In this document: in pieces, positions 41,530-53,100 of the stretch
Numbering within the stretch: the first letter of the stretch is position 1
How the letters are laid out: every line of letters begins with the position of its first letter
NCBI GenBank assembly: GCA_002633005.1
Contig: NMRA01000015.1
Location: 1,021,598 to 1,085,597, forward strand
Reading direction: 5' to 3'
DNA from: Phoronis australis
Lineage: Eukaryota; Animalia; Phoronida
Length of the DNA stretch: 64,000 nucleotides
The notes under the pieces: generated by a model
Told to the model about the DNA's origin: nothing
Database searches by the model: none
The model's input: only the letters and a program-made list of their open reading frames with translations
Program-made: the position numbers and the translations under genes

Positions 41530-43086
41530 GATGTTTGATGGTTGCAATACATTTTATATGCATTTTCTATTAATTTCGGAAGACATCTGGCCGAGTTTTT
41601 TCTACCTCGTAAATTTCAAGTTTAAGCAAGATACGCCCTTGCTTTAACTTGGAATAATTCAATTTCTGCCGCTTACAAAAGATCACATGGTAAACCAAAC
41701 ATTCGGTAACTGGTTGCAAGACATTTTAAATGCATTTTCTATTAATTTTGGAACATATAATTCTGGGCACATTCGCAGTTTTTCTACCCAACTCCAAGTT
41801 TAAGAAAGGGCATGGCTCGCTTAAACTTGGAATATTTCAATTTCTGCTTTACAAAAGCTCACGTCGTAAACCAAACATTCTCTTACTGGCTGCAATACAT
41901 TTAAATGCTTTTTTCTATTACTTTTAGAGAGAGCACTTCTGGGCGCATTCGCAGTTTTTTTTTCTATCTAATTCCAAGTATAAGCAAGCCACACTGGTTG
42001 CTTAAACTTGGAACAATTCAATTTCTTCTCTAAAAATTTGCGATTTGAACCAAACCTTCTCTTAATGATTGCAATACAATTTAAAGTCAGTTTTTATTAC
42101 TTTCGAAACACCTAATGAATGCATTCGCAGTTGTTTCCTACCCAACTCCAAGTTTAAGCAAGGGCGTGGCTCGCTTAAACTTGGAATAACTCAATTTCTG
42201 CTTCACAAAAACTCATGTGGTGAACCAAACATTCTCTGACTGGTTGCAATATATTTTTAAATGCTTTTTTCTATGGCCTTTAGAATACGTCTGAGCGCAT
42301 TCGAAGTTTTTTAACTCCGTAAATTCCAAGTTTAAGCAAGATACGCTCTTGGTTTAACTTGAAATAATTCAACTTCTGCTTTACAAAAAATCACATGGTG
42401 AACCAAACATTCGGTAACTGGTTGCAAGACATTTTATGTGCATTTTCTGTTAGTTTTGGAACACTTTTTAGCGCATTCGCAGTTATTTCTAAGCAAGGGC
42501 GTGGCTCGCTTAAACTTGAAATAATTCAGTTTCTGCCCTACAAAAATTACGTGGTTAACCAAACATTCTTTCACTGGTTGCAATATATTGTAAATGCATG
42601 TTCTATTACTTTTGAATTACCCCTGAATGCATTTCGTATTTTTTATACTCAATGCCGAGTTTAAGCAAGCCACACCCTTGCTTAAACTTGGAATAATTCA
42701 ATTTCTTCTTTACAAAAAATCGTGTGGTGTAGCAAATATTGTCTGAGCGGTAACAACATGTCATAAGTGCATTTTTTATTACGTTTGGAACACCTCTGAA
42801 TGCATTCGCAATTGTTTTCTACCCAATTCCAAGTTTAAGCAAGCCACACCCTTGCTTAAACTTGGAATGGTTGTATATTAGCTTTACAAAGTCACATGGT
42901 GAACCAAACATTCTCTGGCTGGTTGCAATATCTTGTAAGCACAACTTTTTTCTCATCTTAAGACTTTATTGAACACGTTAACAATTAATCTTATGAATTC
43001 CACGTTTCAGCACGCCATTCTGTTTTCGCTATACAAACCCTATATTGTGAAGTAGGCATTCTCTGTAAGATTACAAGACATTATGA
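41530..43086. repeat. ~177-bp tandem array with an internal palindrome (copy 1, 8 clear units)
   Basis: CAAGTTTAAGC-N13-GCTTAAACTTG-type sites at 41617, 41795, 41975, 42149, 42327, about 42491 (left arm deleted), 42656 and 42830. Confidence 0.9.
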
Positions 43087-44044
43087 NAAAAAGTTGAGTT
43101 CACGATTTTGGGAACTGAAATAGGGACTGCTCGAAGAAAAAGTTTCATAACGGGAGTATTTGTTCGAGTTGGAAGGAATTAAACACATCGACAACCTCCT
43201 AAGGTGTTCCTCTATGCGCAAAAGGTATTTGTAACAACGTGACTTTGATGGTTTAGTCGGTGCGAGGCATAATTCGCCGAAAAGCTTCCGGCGTACAGAG
43301 CGCCTATAGCCTCTACATCGCCTCTGCTTCGGGCCAACAGAGGCGATGGTCATTGCCTATGTTCCACCGTGACAGGTTGCTTATTTCAGTTGTTCATTTG
43401 CGAAGCCTTACCCGTAAATCTCCGTTTGCAGCAGCTGAAGTTAAAGCCATAACAGATTTTTATTTTAGATAGGGCATTCCGTGTGAGAACAGACAGAAAC
43501 TTTAACTTGAAAACGAAAACAACCGGTTGACAAAGAGTCACTGACAGTGGGTCGCCATGTTTTTAGTGCCTTCGCAGCGCCTCTGGCGTCCGACCTCTGC
43601 ATCGCCCTGCTGTGTGTGTGGTGTGGTGCACGTGAACTCGGAATTCCATGATAAAGCAAAGATCTTGAAACTGCCAAACCCGGTACGTGAACTTGGAATC
43701 TTGCGTGAACCTGGAATCAAGCGGCTGCCTGGCACACAATCACAGAACAAGGCGCTTGGGCTGAAATCGTTACTGAACCGGTAGGCCGACGACGGAGAGA
43801 AAAGATTTCTAAAAAATCGAGATAAAGCTCCCGTGGCCTGTTCATGAATGGTTATTACCTAGAGACTGGAATAAAAAATCATTTAAGGACTGTATTGTTA
43901 TTACATGTTCCCTCAGTCGGCACCGGGCATTCAAGGTCATAAGCCCTACGGCTGCGGTGGCCATTTGAATCGTACTGATTATTTCTACGGTGTTCAGTTG
44001 CTGCCTATTCCAATAAATAAATAAAGCTTTGAAATTAGTGCCTG

Positions 44045-45260
44045 GTTGATGTTTGCAATACATTTTATATGCATTTTCTATTAATTTTGGAAGACTTCTG
44101 GCCGAGTTTTTTCTACCTCGTAAATTCCAAGTTTAAGCAAGATACGCCCTTGCTTTAACTCAGTTGGAATAATTCAATTTCTGCTTTACAAAAGATCACA
44201 TGGTAAACCAAACATTCGGTAACTGGTTGCAAGACATTTTAAATGCATTTTCTATTAATTTTGGAACGCTTCTGGGCACATTCGCAGTATTTCTACCCAA
44301 CTCCAAGTTTAAGCAAGGGCGTGGCTCGCTTAAACTTGGAATATTTCAATTTCTGCTTTACAAAAGCTCACGTGGTGAACCAAACATTCTCTGACTGGTT
44401 GCAATATATTTTAAATGCTTTTTTCTATGGCCTTTAGAATACGTCTGAGCGCATTCGCAGTTTTTTGACTCCGTAAATTCCAAGTTTAAGCAAGATACGC
44501 CCTTGGTTTAACTTGAAATAATTCAACTCCTGCTTTACAAAAAATAACATGGTGAACCAAACATTCGGTAACTGGTTGCAAGACATTTTAAGTGCATTTT
44601 CTGTTAGTTTTGGAACACTTTTTAGCGCATTCGCAGTTATTTCTACCCAATTCCAAGTTTAAGCAAGGGCGTGGCTCGCTTAAACTTGAAATAATTCAGT
44701 TTCTGCCTTACAAAAATCACGTGGTTAACCAAACATTCTTTCACTGGTTGCAATATATTGTAAATGCATGTTCTATTACTTTTGAAATACCCCTGAATGC
44801 ATTTCGTATTTTTTATACTCAATTCCGAGTTTAAGCAAGCCACACCCTTGCTTAAACTTGGAATAATTCAATTTCGTCTTTACAAAAAATCGTGTGGTGT
44901 AGCAAATATTCTCTGAGCGGTAACAACATGTCATAAGTGCATTTTTTATTACGTTTGGAACAACTCTGAATGCATTCGCAATTGTTTTCTACCCAATTCC
45001 AAGTTTAAGCAAGCCACGCCCTTGCTTAAATTTGGAATGATTGTATATTAGCTTTACAAAGTCATATGGTGAACCAAACATTCTCTGGCTGGTTGCAATA
45101 TCTTGTAAGCACAACTTTTTTCTCATCTTGAGACTTTATTGAACACGTTAACAATTTATCTTATGAATTCCACGTTTCAGCACGCCATTCTATTTTCGCT
45201 ATACAAGCGTACCCTATGTTGTGAAGTAAGCATTCTCTGAAAGATTACAAGACATTATGA
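44045..45260. repeat. ~177-bp tandem array (copy 2, 6 clear units)
   Basis: Sites at 44128, 44304, 44481, 44654, 44826 and 45000. Confidence 0.9.
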
Positions 45261-45623
45261 ACAATTTTTTCTGTCCCTGTAAATTATCGGCGATTAATTT
45301 TTACCCAATGCCAAGTTTAAAAGATGACTGTAGTAAAAAATAATGCAGCAGTAAACCGGTTCTAACATACAAATAAAACTCACATTTGCCCGAGTTGAGC
45401 TCCAAACAAAAGCTGATTCACATTTTATTGTAAAAACACTTATGCTGACAGCAATCTCTGATTGGCTGATATGTCAGTGGTTGATAGGGCATCGACAGTC
45501 ACTGCTTATCATATATTTCTGCTCCATATTGCGGCGTTGAGTGGATAGAGTTTACATCGCGTTTTATCAATGTTTCACCGATTTTTATTATTTACTGTTT
45601 GCCAGTGTAGTAAAAAGTTCTCC

Positions 45624-45712
45624 ATGCCTTTTTGTATGGCACCTAGTTGTTCAAACTCTGCGAAAAAGGTATCGTCAAAGAGGGCGGACATAGGATACCA
45701 TCCGTTGCCCTT
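45624..45712 (+). pseudogene. Truncated THAP-domain start (transposon-derived); duplicate at 46561
   Basis: MPFCMAPSCSNSAKK...DIGYHPLP fits the THAP N-terminus (M-x2-C-x4-C-x-N...H-x-[FL]-P), but the C-terminal C-x2-H half is missing. Confidence 0.55.
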
Positions 45713-47494
45713 GCCTTGGTACAAGCTGTATGCTAAAGTAATTCCCTTTAATAAGCAAATAAGTCAATGTCTTTTCAGTTTACAAAAAAGTAAGTGTTGA
45801 AGCAAGCTTTCTCTTGCAGATTACAATAAACTGTAAACACAATTCCTGTTCTTGAGACTACTCTAACACATTAGCAATCGTCGTCATCTACATAATTCCA
45901 AATTTAACCAGTACTTAAAACAGTATGGGGTTTCCCATTTTCAGTTTTATAAGAATTTCAATACCTTTAATGAGACACTTTCATAGACAAAAAAGAAATC
46001 CTCAAGTTGGGCCCATTCTTTTTGAAAAGTTCAGGGGGTCACAGAAAACAAGTTCACCAAGTTAGTGCAGGCGTACCGGAGTCTCTGGAGATGATGTAGG
46101 TTACAACGAAAATGGTGGATAGTTTTTAAAGATTTAAAAATAAGAATGTGACTTTGCTNGAAGTAAGCATTCTCTGAAAGATTACAAGACATTATGAACA
46201 ATTTTTTCTGTCCCTGTAAATTATCGGCGATTAATTTTTACCCAATGCCAAGTTTAAAAGATGACTGTAGTAAAAAATAATGCAGCAGTAAACCGGTTCT
46301 AACATACAAATAAAACTCACATTTGCCCGAGTTGAGCTCCAAACAAAAGCTGATTCACATTTTATTGTAAAAACACTTATGCTGACAGCAATCTCTGATT
46401 GGCTGATATGTCAGTGGTTGATAGGGCATCGACAGTCACTGCTTATCATATATTTCTGCTCCATATTGCGGCGTTGAGTGGATAGAGTTTACATCGCGTT
46501 TTATCAATGTTTCACCGATTTTTATTATTTACTGTTTGCCAGTGTAGTAAAAAGTTCTCCATGCCTTTTTGTATGGCACCTAGTTGTTCAAACTCTGCGA
46601 AAAAGGTATCGTCAAAGAGGGCGGACATAGGATACCATCCGTTGCCCTTGCCTTGGTACAAGCTGTATGCTAAAGTAATTCCCTTTAATAAGCAAACTTG
46701 GAGTCAATGTCTTTTCAGTTTACAAAAAAGTAAGTGTTGAAGCAAGCTTTCTCTCGCAGATTACAATAAACTGTAAACACAATTCCTGTTCTTGAGACTA
46801 CTCTAACACATTAGCAATCGTCTTCATCTACATAATTCCAAATTTAACCAGTACTTAAAACAGTACGGGGTTTCACATTTTCAGTTTTATAAGAATTTCA
46901 ATACCTTTAATGAGACACTTTCATAGACAAAAATGAAATCCTCGAGTTGGGCCCATTCTTTTTGGAAAGTTCAGGGGGTCACAGAAAACAAGTTCACCAA
47001 GTTAGTGCAGGTGTACCGGCGTCTCTGGAGATGATGTATGTTACAACGAAAATGGTGGATAGTTTTTAAAGATTTAAAAATAAGAATGTGACTTTGCTTT
47101 AACAATATCTGCATGGACAGGTCTAAGTTTTTATTTTTTCCAACATACCACCAAATTACAATATAAAACATACTGTGTAAAGTTCACGCACAGCATCCCC
47201 GGGGCGTCGGTAAATGCACGTGCGGGGTCCGTTAAAGTTTCCTCAGCAGAACCGGGTGCAAATGCAGAAAAATTGCAAGAGTCATTTTCACAGTATTGAG
47301 TAGACTAAAAGTGGCCGTGCAGTGTAATAAAGAACGCTTAGCGATGGTGATCGTTTCTTTTGACACGAAGCTAGCACACCCCGTGAATAAGGGGCCGGCC
47401 GGGGGTTCACTAATCCGCAGGCGTGTACTAAAAATTGTTAAGAAACCGTTTGCGAGTGTCAGGTCTGTTAATTCCCAACGACCCCCTTGTTTTC

Positions 47495-48513
47495 CATAGG
47501 CGGATTTAGGGGGCGGGCAGGGGTACGGACCCCGGGCCAGGGGTCCGCCCCTCCCCTTGGCTACCACAAAAAATAAAATAGCAAGAGCGTAAGGAAATGT
47601 TGAGTTTATTAATTAACCCCGGTAATTAACATTATACGGCTGAAACAAGATTTAAGTGTGTGCAGTTTTAGTGTGTTTGGGGGGGGGGCTGAGATCCAAT
47701 TTCAAGTGTCAAATTCGGAACACGGCGCAATCGTAACGGAACTATGGCTATGTATAGGCGCTCCTGCGACATCTCAGGCGACCGGCAGGGCGTTACGCGC
47801 TACAACTCTGCTTCCGTCGTCTGCTTCACTGTGCAATGAAGAAAATTACTTCATTTTTTAAAGAAAATGGAATCTGAGTGATGATGAAAAAGCAAAAGCT
47901 GCTGGTAAGATGTGAATTTTAATCGAAACCTTAGTGAATCTCTCAGAAACTCATAATTCTCTCTTTTTCAAACCTTAACTTAAGACGATTTCCAAAGCAA
48001 TCGCGTCATTAATGCCTACACACAAAAACGGATTTGGTCTTTTGGGCAATTGAAGACCATTATATCATAAATATAACAAATTTGTTACGAACTGATTGCA
48101 CAAAGTATAAAAAGTGTTATAGCATTATAAAAAGAAGTAGGTTTCGTGCGCAAACGCTGTGGACCATAAACAAGTAGGTCTCTTAGTATCAAAATTACGA
48201 GTGGAATCGAGGTGGTGCAGTGATAACGCACGCGCGCTCTATCCGCCAGGTCGTGAATTCGAGTCTGTGGTAATTGCAGTTTTTCAAGTTTGACCCGTTC
48301 TCCGTATTTTTTTCCTTGGATGATACTTTAGGAATCAAGAAAAATGCTTGATTATTAGAGGAAAAACAGAAAAATTTTCCTGGGTGGGAGAGGGGTTTGC
48401 CCCAATCCCGACCTCCCCCCATTCGGTGCTTTGCACATCTACAATCGTGCTTTGCGCAAATGTTTACATACAAAACGTTGGCCCCCCCTTGTGATATCCT
48501 AGATCCGCCACTG
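47495..48513 (+). mobile_element. hAT-like element remnant
   Basis: Ends CATAGGCGGATTTAGG and CCTAGATCCGCCACTG are near-inverted. A frameshifted MKKITSFFK..LSDDEKAKAA followed by a GTAAG donor at about 47836-47910 resembles a transposase first exon. The two ends could belong to different elements. Confidence 0.45.
48198..48268 (+). mobile_element. tRNA-like SINE head
   Basis: A-box-like TGGTGCAGTGAT and B-box-like GAATTCGAGTC, with no cloverleaf closure. Confidence 0.4.
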
Positions 48514-49064
48514 GTTTTCAGAGTAGATTTTCGTGTAGGGGTTGAGGCCAATGCAGCACGGGGACTTTTACGGGAACGAAATGAAAATTTAGAGGCCCTC
48601 ATTGGCACCCAGCACGGGTCCTGCAAGACTTGATGGAAAAGTACCGCCTACCCGAATTTTGGTATTCATGCCTGCACGGGCACCCCTTGTCAATATGAGT
48701 GACTCTCCGGCCCCTCCCGGAGTGAGCGGGTCTGAATCCGGGCCATTTTGTATTAACCAGGAAACCCGGCAGGAACGAGAACTACAGCTGGGTGGCGTCC
48801 ACCGGGGTTTCTACAAACTATAGGAGCAGTTGGTGGTCGTCGCGGGTAACTAGCTTTCCTCATTAAGAGGACAAACAATTGGATTTTGACTGAAAACATG
48901 ACTCAAAAGATTAGCCAAATCCCTATTTATACAGGCAGACTGTCCACACCGTGGCATAGTATGAGCAGGTACGAATACGGTTGGTCGTCAAAGTTGGCGA
49001 GCTCATGGATGCTCATGACTGAGAGCGCCGGGTTAACTTATCTCTCGCTTTCAAAAAGAAGAAA

Positions 49065-49470
49065 ACTCACCAACGTTCTGATAGACACGGAGAAAACTGA
49101 ATCCTAGATTTATGGAGTTTTATTTTCTCATTTACTTATCAGTTGACAAATTATTTCAAACCATCCTTCCCTTGCCTAAAGTGTATTTTTTTCTAAAAAA
49201 TATTATCACATCTTGATATTGACTGAATTGGACTGCAACCCGGACCTGTCGGCCGGTGAGTGCACTAAGGTCTTAAAACGAGTCGGGTACAGACCAGAAA
49301 AAGCTTGTGTTCTTGCGGCGCCTTGTCACACGCACCACCTTGAACGAAATCCCCCAAAACAACTAAGGGCCTCGGCCTCATCTCTGACCGATAGATGTCT
49401 CTGCAATTCAAGATGGCTGCGTCCTGTTGTTGCAAGTTGTGTTGAAATTATTTTTTCCCAGTGAGTCAGA
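49065..49470. promoter_or_regulatory. Probable divergent promoter and non-coding first exons of the ankyrin gene (minus) and DIS3L2 (plus)
   Basis: CpG-rich region with a YY1-like CAAGATGGCTGC at about 49409. Plus-strand donors GTGAGT occur at 49256 and 49461, and a minus-strand donor (ACTCAC) at 49065-49070. Confidence 0.45.
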
Positions 49471-50155
49471 GAATAGTTATAGAAGTTTTCCAGCAAGCTG
49501 TAGCATCAGTGGTTTTTCTCATATAGATTTTCAAGTTCGGATTGTGCTTTATAAACTGTTCTGTTAAACATAGGTCTGTTATATCTCTAACTGTTCAACT
49601 GTTCACACTTCTCAATCTCAAGCCTTGGATTGTTGGCACTAAGACTAAGTCAAAGATACTAAATTATAACAGTTTAGCAAACACATTTCTAACTAAAGGT
49701 AAGTAAAAGTAAGCAAGTAAGTAAGTAAAACTTTATTTCGACTGGGTATGGTGAACAGCAAATAATCATTAACATATGGTAGTGAGTCAACGAGAAATAA
49801 GGTGTATATGCAAGACAGGTAGAATATAAAACATATGTATAAACAGATGGTACAAAACATTTGGTTAATATGTACAATGTAATGTACTATAAGCTACCTA
49901 TACATTTTACAATAACAAGGCTAATGCTACACACCTAATGCATAATTGGAATGACACTCAACGTGTTGATTAGCCTCAGCTAAATCTAACAAAAATATGT
50001 CAAGGTCCGAGGTAGCCATAATTTGGCATTCTGATGGGACACAGAACTGAGACCACAGGGAAAGTATTGACCAGTGAGTCACTGTTCATTGCCAGCCATT
50101 TAGATGTTCAGCCTACTCATCTGTAACAGTTTCAGCACAGGCAACAGATATTGTA

Positions 50156-53100
50156 ATGGCGGAGAGCCATCCAGAACTGAGTGTTAGAGATGAGTCAGAG
50201 CCAGTGATCCTGAAGTGTCAAGCAGAATGTGATATCCAACAGGCTGAATGTGATCTCGGTGAGGGCATTTTTGTCAATGTTAGTTGTCGCTAATTACTGT
50301 GTTGATTGCTATGTTGAATATACAGTGAGTACGGATAATTGCTCTCGCTTTGACTGCCCTCTTTGATGTGTGAGGTCCCAGGTTCAAAATTTGGCTGGAA
50401 AAATGGAGATTTTTTATTACTAGCACTCAGAAATGGTACAGTGTGTAGTCACATTGTGTTAGTCTCAAACCTAGGGCCTCGTGCGTCGAAGGGGCTATAA
50501 ATTGCTGCTACTAAACAGCAATCAAAAGTTGTTAATTGCGACAAAAGGCAGGTTTGCAGCCACTCAGTAGTGTAACTAGTCAACCAAACAACAATAACCC
50601 TTAGTCAAATGAATAAGAGTGGTCTTTATATTTCTACACTCACTGAACATTATCTTCTACAGAGCTGGGAGCTGGGATTTCAAAAATAGGGCCTCCAAAT
50701 GGGTTTCCTATTTCTCAGGTCATCCATGACCAATAACTCGTGACAGGGTTTTTTATGACCCCAAGTAAAATTACTGTTACAGTGTGCAATGTTACTATGG
50801 AGACATGAGTCTGCAGTGAAGGTTTTTGTGTCTTACATCATTTCTAAACCAATTTTCGTATTGTGTACTGGCCAGAGCTGCTAATTCAGTACTGGCCAGA
50901 GCTGCTGCTACCAAGTTAGGAGAGAAACCCATGCTTACTGGCTCACTTGGACTTCCAAATACTGAACAGGGCGTTCTAGCTGGGGTGTCTAACTTTGAAT
51001 TCAGGTGCCCATTTGGACTCCCAGGACACATTCTACTTAAAGGCCTGCCTGGAAATTGAATCCGCAGCTCCCCTTTTGTGAGACTTAAAGTGCAATTGTG
51101 GGAATTAAATATATAATCTTTTAAATAAATCTACGTCTGATTTAGGATCCATGGCTGCATCAGGTGGAGCAAGACCAAAGACAAAGAAATCTGTTGCTAA
51201 AATGTTGGAAGAGTCAGTGTCTAGACAAAAGGATGGTGCATTGGTAGTGAGTACTTCATCAAGGCAAGAGTTTTATGTACAACCATGTGCAATGGATGAA
51301 ATAGCTCTTGAATAAGCTTAGTGGGCCAATCTCCTTTTTCAACATTGAATTCCAATCTTGAAAAACCTTACTTTTTGTTTGGTAACCGTTGCAATGTCAT
51401 CAGTTCAGTTCGGCATACTGATTGTGTGATATTGTCAGTGTGCAATATTGTCAGTGTGCAATATTGTCAGTGTGTGCTATTGTCAGTGTGTGATATTGTC
51501 AGTGTGTGCTATTGTCAGTCAGTCAGTGGAATGTGCTTTTCTGATTCATGGATTCAGCTGCAATAGTCAGGAGCGAAACTTACAGGGAGCTATGTAGTGT
51601 TACAGAGAGCTATGTTAGTATTACGGGTAGCTATGTAGTGTTAGGGGGAGCTTTATAGTGTTATGGGGAGCTATATAGTGTTACGGGGAGCTATGTAGTG
51701 TTACAGGGAGTGTGTAATGTTACGGGGAGCTATGTAGTGTTACAAGCCCTCCTCCATTATTGTTGATTTGTATGGCATAGGGCGAATTATTGGGCAAGCA
51801 GATAACAAAATAAAGCTCACTTAAAAGTTATTTTCCAGAAATTTCATGACATAAAATTGTTCTTTTCTGTCATATTGTTTCCGAACTGAATAACTTGTTG
51901 TGTAATTTGTAGTGCATGATACTGAAAAAAATGTTGACCGTCATTGTGCTGGGTGGAAGTGTATCAACCAATTTGTAAGGGTTCTAGGCTCTAAGGGAAA
52001 TCAGTGGGTCATACCCTCTTCCAATGTCAAAAACACCAGTTTCATTTCTGACGGCAGTGTTCATTCTCTGTAGAACCCCTCTATAGTCGTGGATGAACCA
52101 CCTGTGAATGACGACTGTGACAAATCAAACGTGCAGAAGAAGAAAAAGAAGAGGCATCGTGGAAATAGGAAGCGTGTTGAGAAGGAGCAGGAGACTGGCC
52201 AGGATAACCAAGTGACAAGTTTGAAGAGATTAGCAAAGGGTGTTGTTGGTGTGTTGTCTACGTTCTGTCATTCTGAACCAAGGTTTAAGTTTAGTAGAGC
52301 AAATAATGCACCCAAGGTTCCCACGGAACTGGAAAATATTAAATGCCTTCGAGTAAGATGTGGAGACCCGCATCAACAGATAATGAAGAAATGCTCTATT
52401 TCTAGGTGTGGATTTTTGTGTCCAACAAATTTAAAGTCCTGTTTAACTGTCTAAGTATTCTGGGAGATAAAAGGTGTTTATTTTTATGTTTTGAACACAG
52501 GAGAGTATTAGGAAGACCTTCATCAATTTTATGTGCCTGAGGGCTGTGTGTATACTGTTAATTTTGTGCACCTGATTGATGTGTGTTTACTTTGAACTTT
52601 GTACTTTCACCACTGTCAAAATCATATTCAAATTTGGCGAACCAATCATTTCACCTGTTTAAAAAAGCTATTTGGATAGTATTGATTGATCATCTTAGTT
52701 TGTTGTCGATTCTGTCACCTTTGCTGTGCTTGATAACGTTCTCTAAGAATCTGTTATGACTGATGCAGAATGACCCAGTTGAGCGAAGTGACCTTCAAAA
52801 GACTGTCTTTGAATTGGTGGCCACAGGTTTATCACTACAGTTTTTACCTCTCCCAAGAGCACTATTATAGCGATTGTGTTGTAATGAGTTCTCGTTTTGT
52901 TCACCAATCATCTAAATTGGGCAAAGCTCATTTACCAAAATTAGCTGTGATCAATTTGGGACGAAGAATTGTCACAACTTTCACTTTTCACTACGGCTTA
53001 CTTGTGAACAGGGTGAAAAAATGACACACGTCACTCTCGACTTTTCCGTGCAACTGTAAATTTTTTTATTTTTATTTAATACAGTTTTTGCTTGAACTTC

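Larger units (their letters stand above)
40594..47098. other. Two duplications across the Ns at 43087 and 46159 (40594-43086 vs 43111-45260; 45223-46158 vs 46160-47098)
   Basis: Paired near-identical ORFs in the track and directly alignable sequence on both sides of each N. Confidence 0.8.

Noticed and set aside
41769-41782. CATTCGCAGTTT in the 177-bp unit resembles the U14 snoRNA domain A (antisense to 18S rRNA)
   Set aside because: There are no flanking C/D boxes and no second U14 domain, and a 12-nt match can arise by chance.
40655-44843. Cluster of paired 60-95 aa ORFs read as a duplicated operon
   Set aside because: They overlap on both strands, have no recognisable domains, and are broken by indels between copies. 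They are chance ORFs in repeat DNA.
41617-45030. Array of palindromic repeats read as a CRISPR array or integron cassette array
   Set aside because: The sequences between the palindromes are homologous to each other rather than unique, there is no cas or integrase gene, and the context is eukaryotic.
47973-48015. Candidate missing first coding exon of the ankyrin gene
   Set aside because: The frame required to join 40129 contains a stop codon. The candidate exon ending at 49071 also has an in-frame stop.
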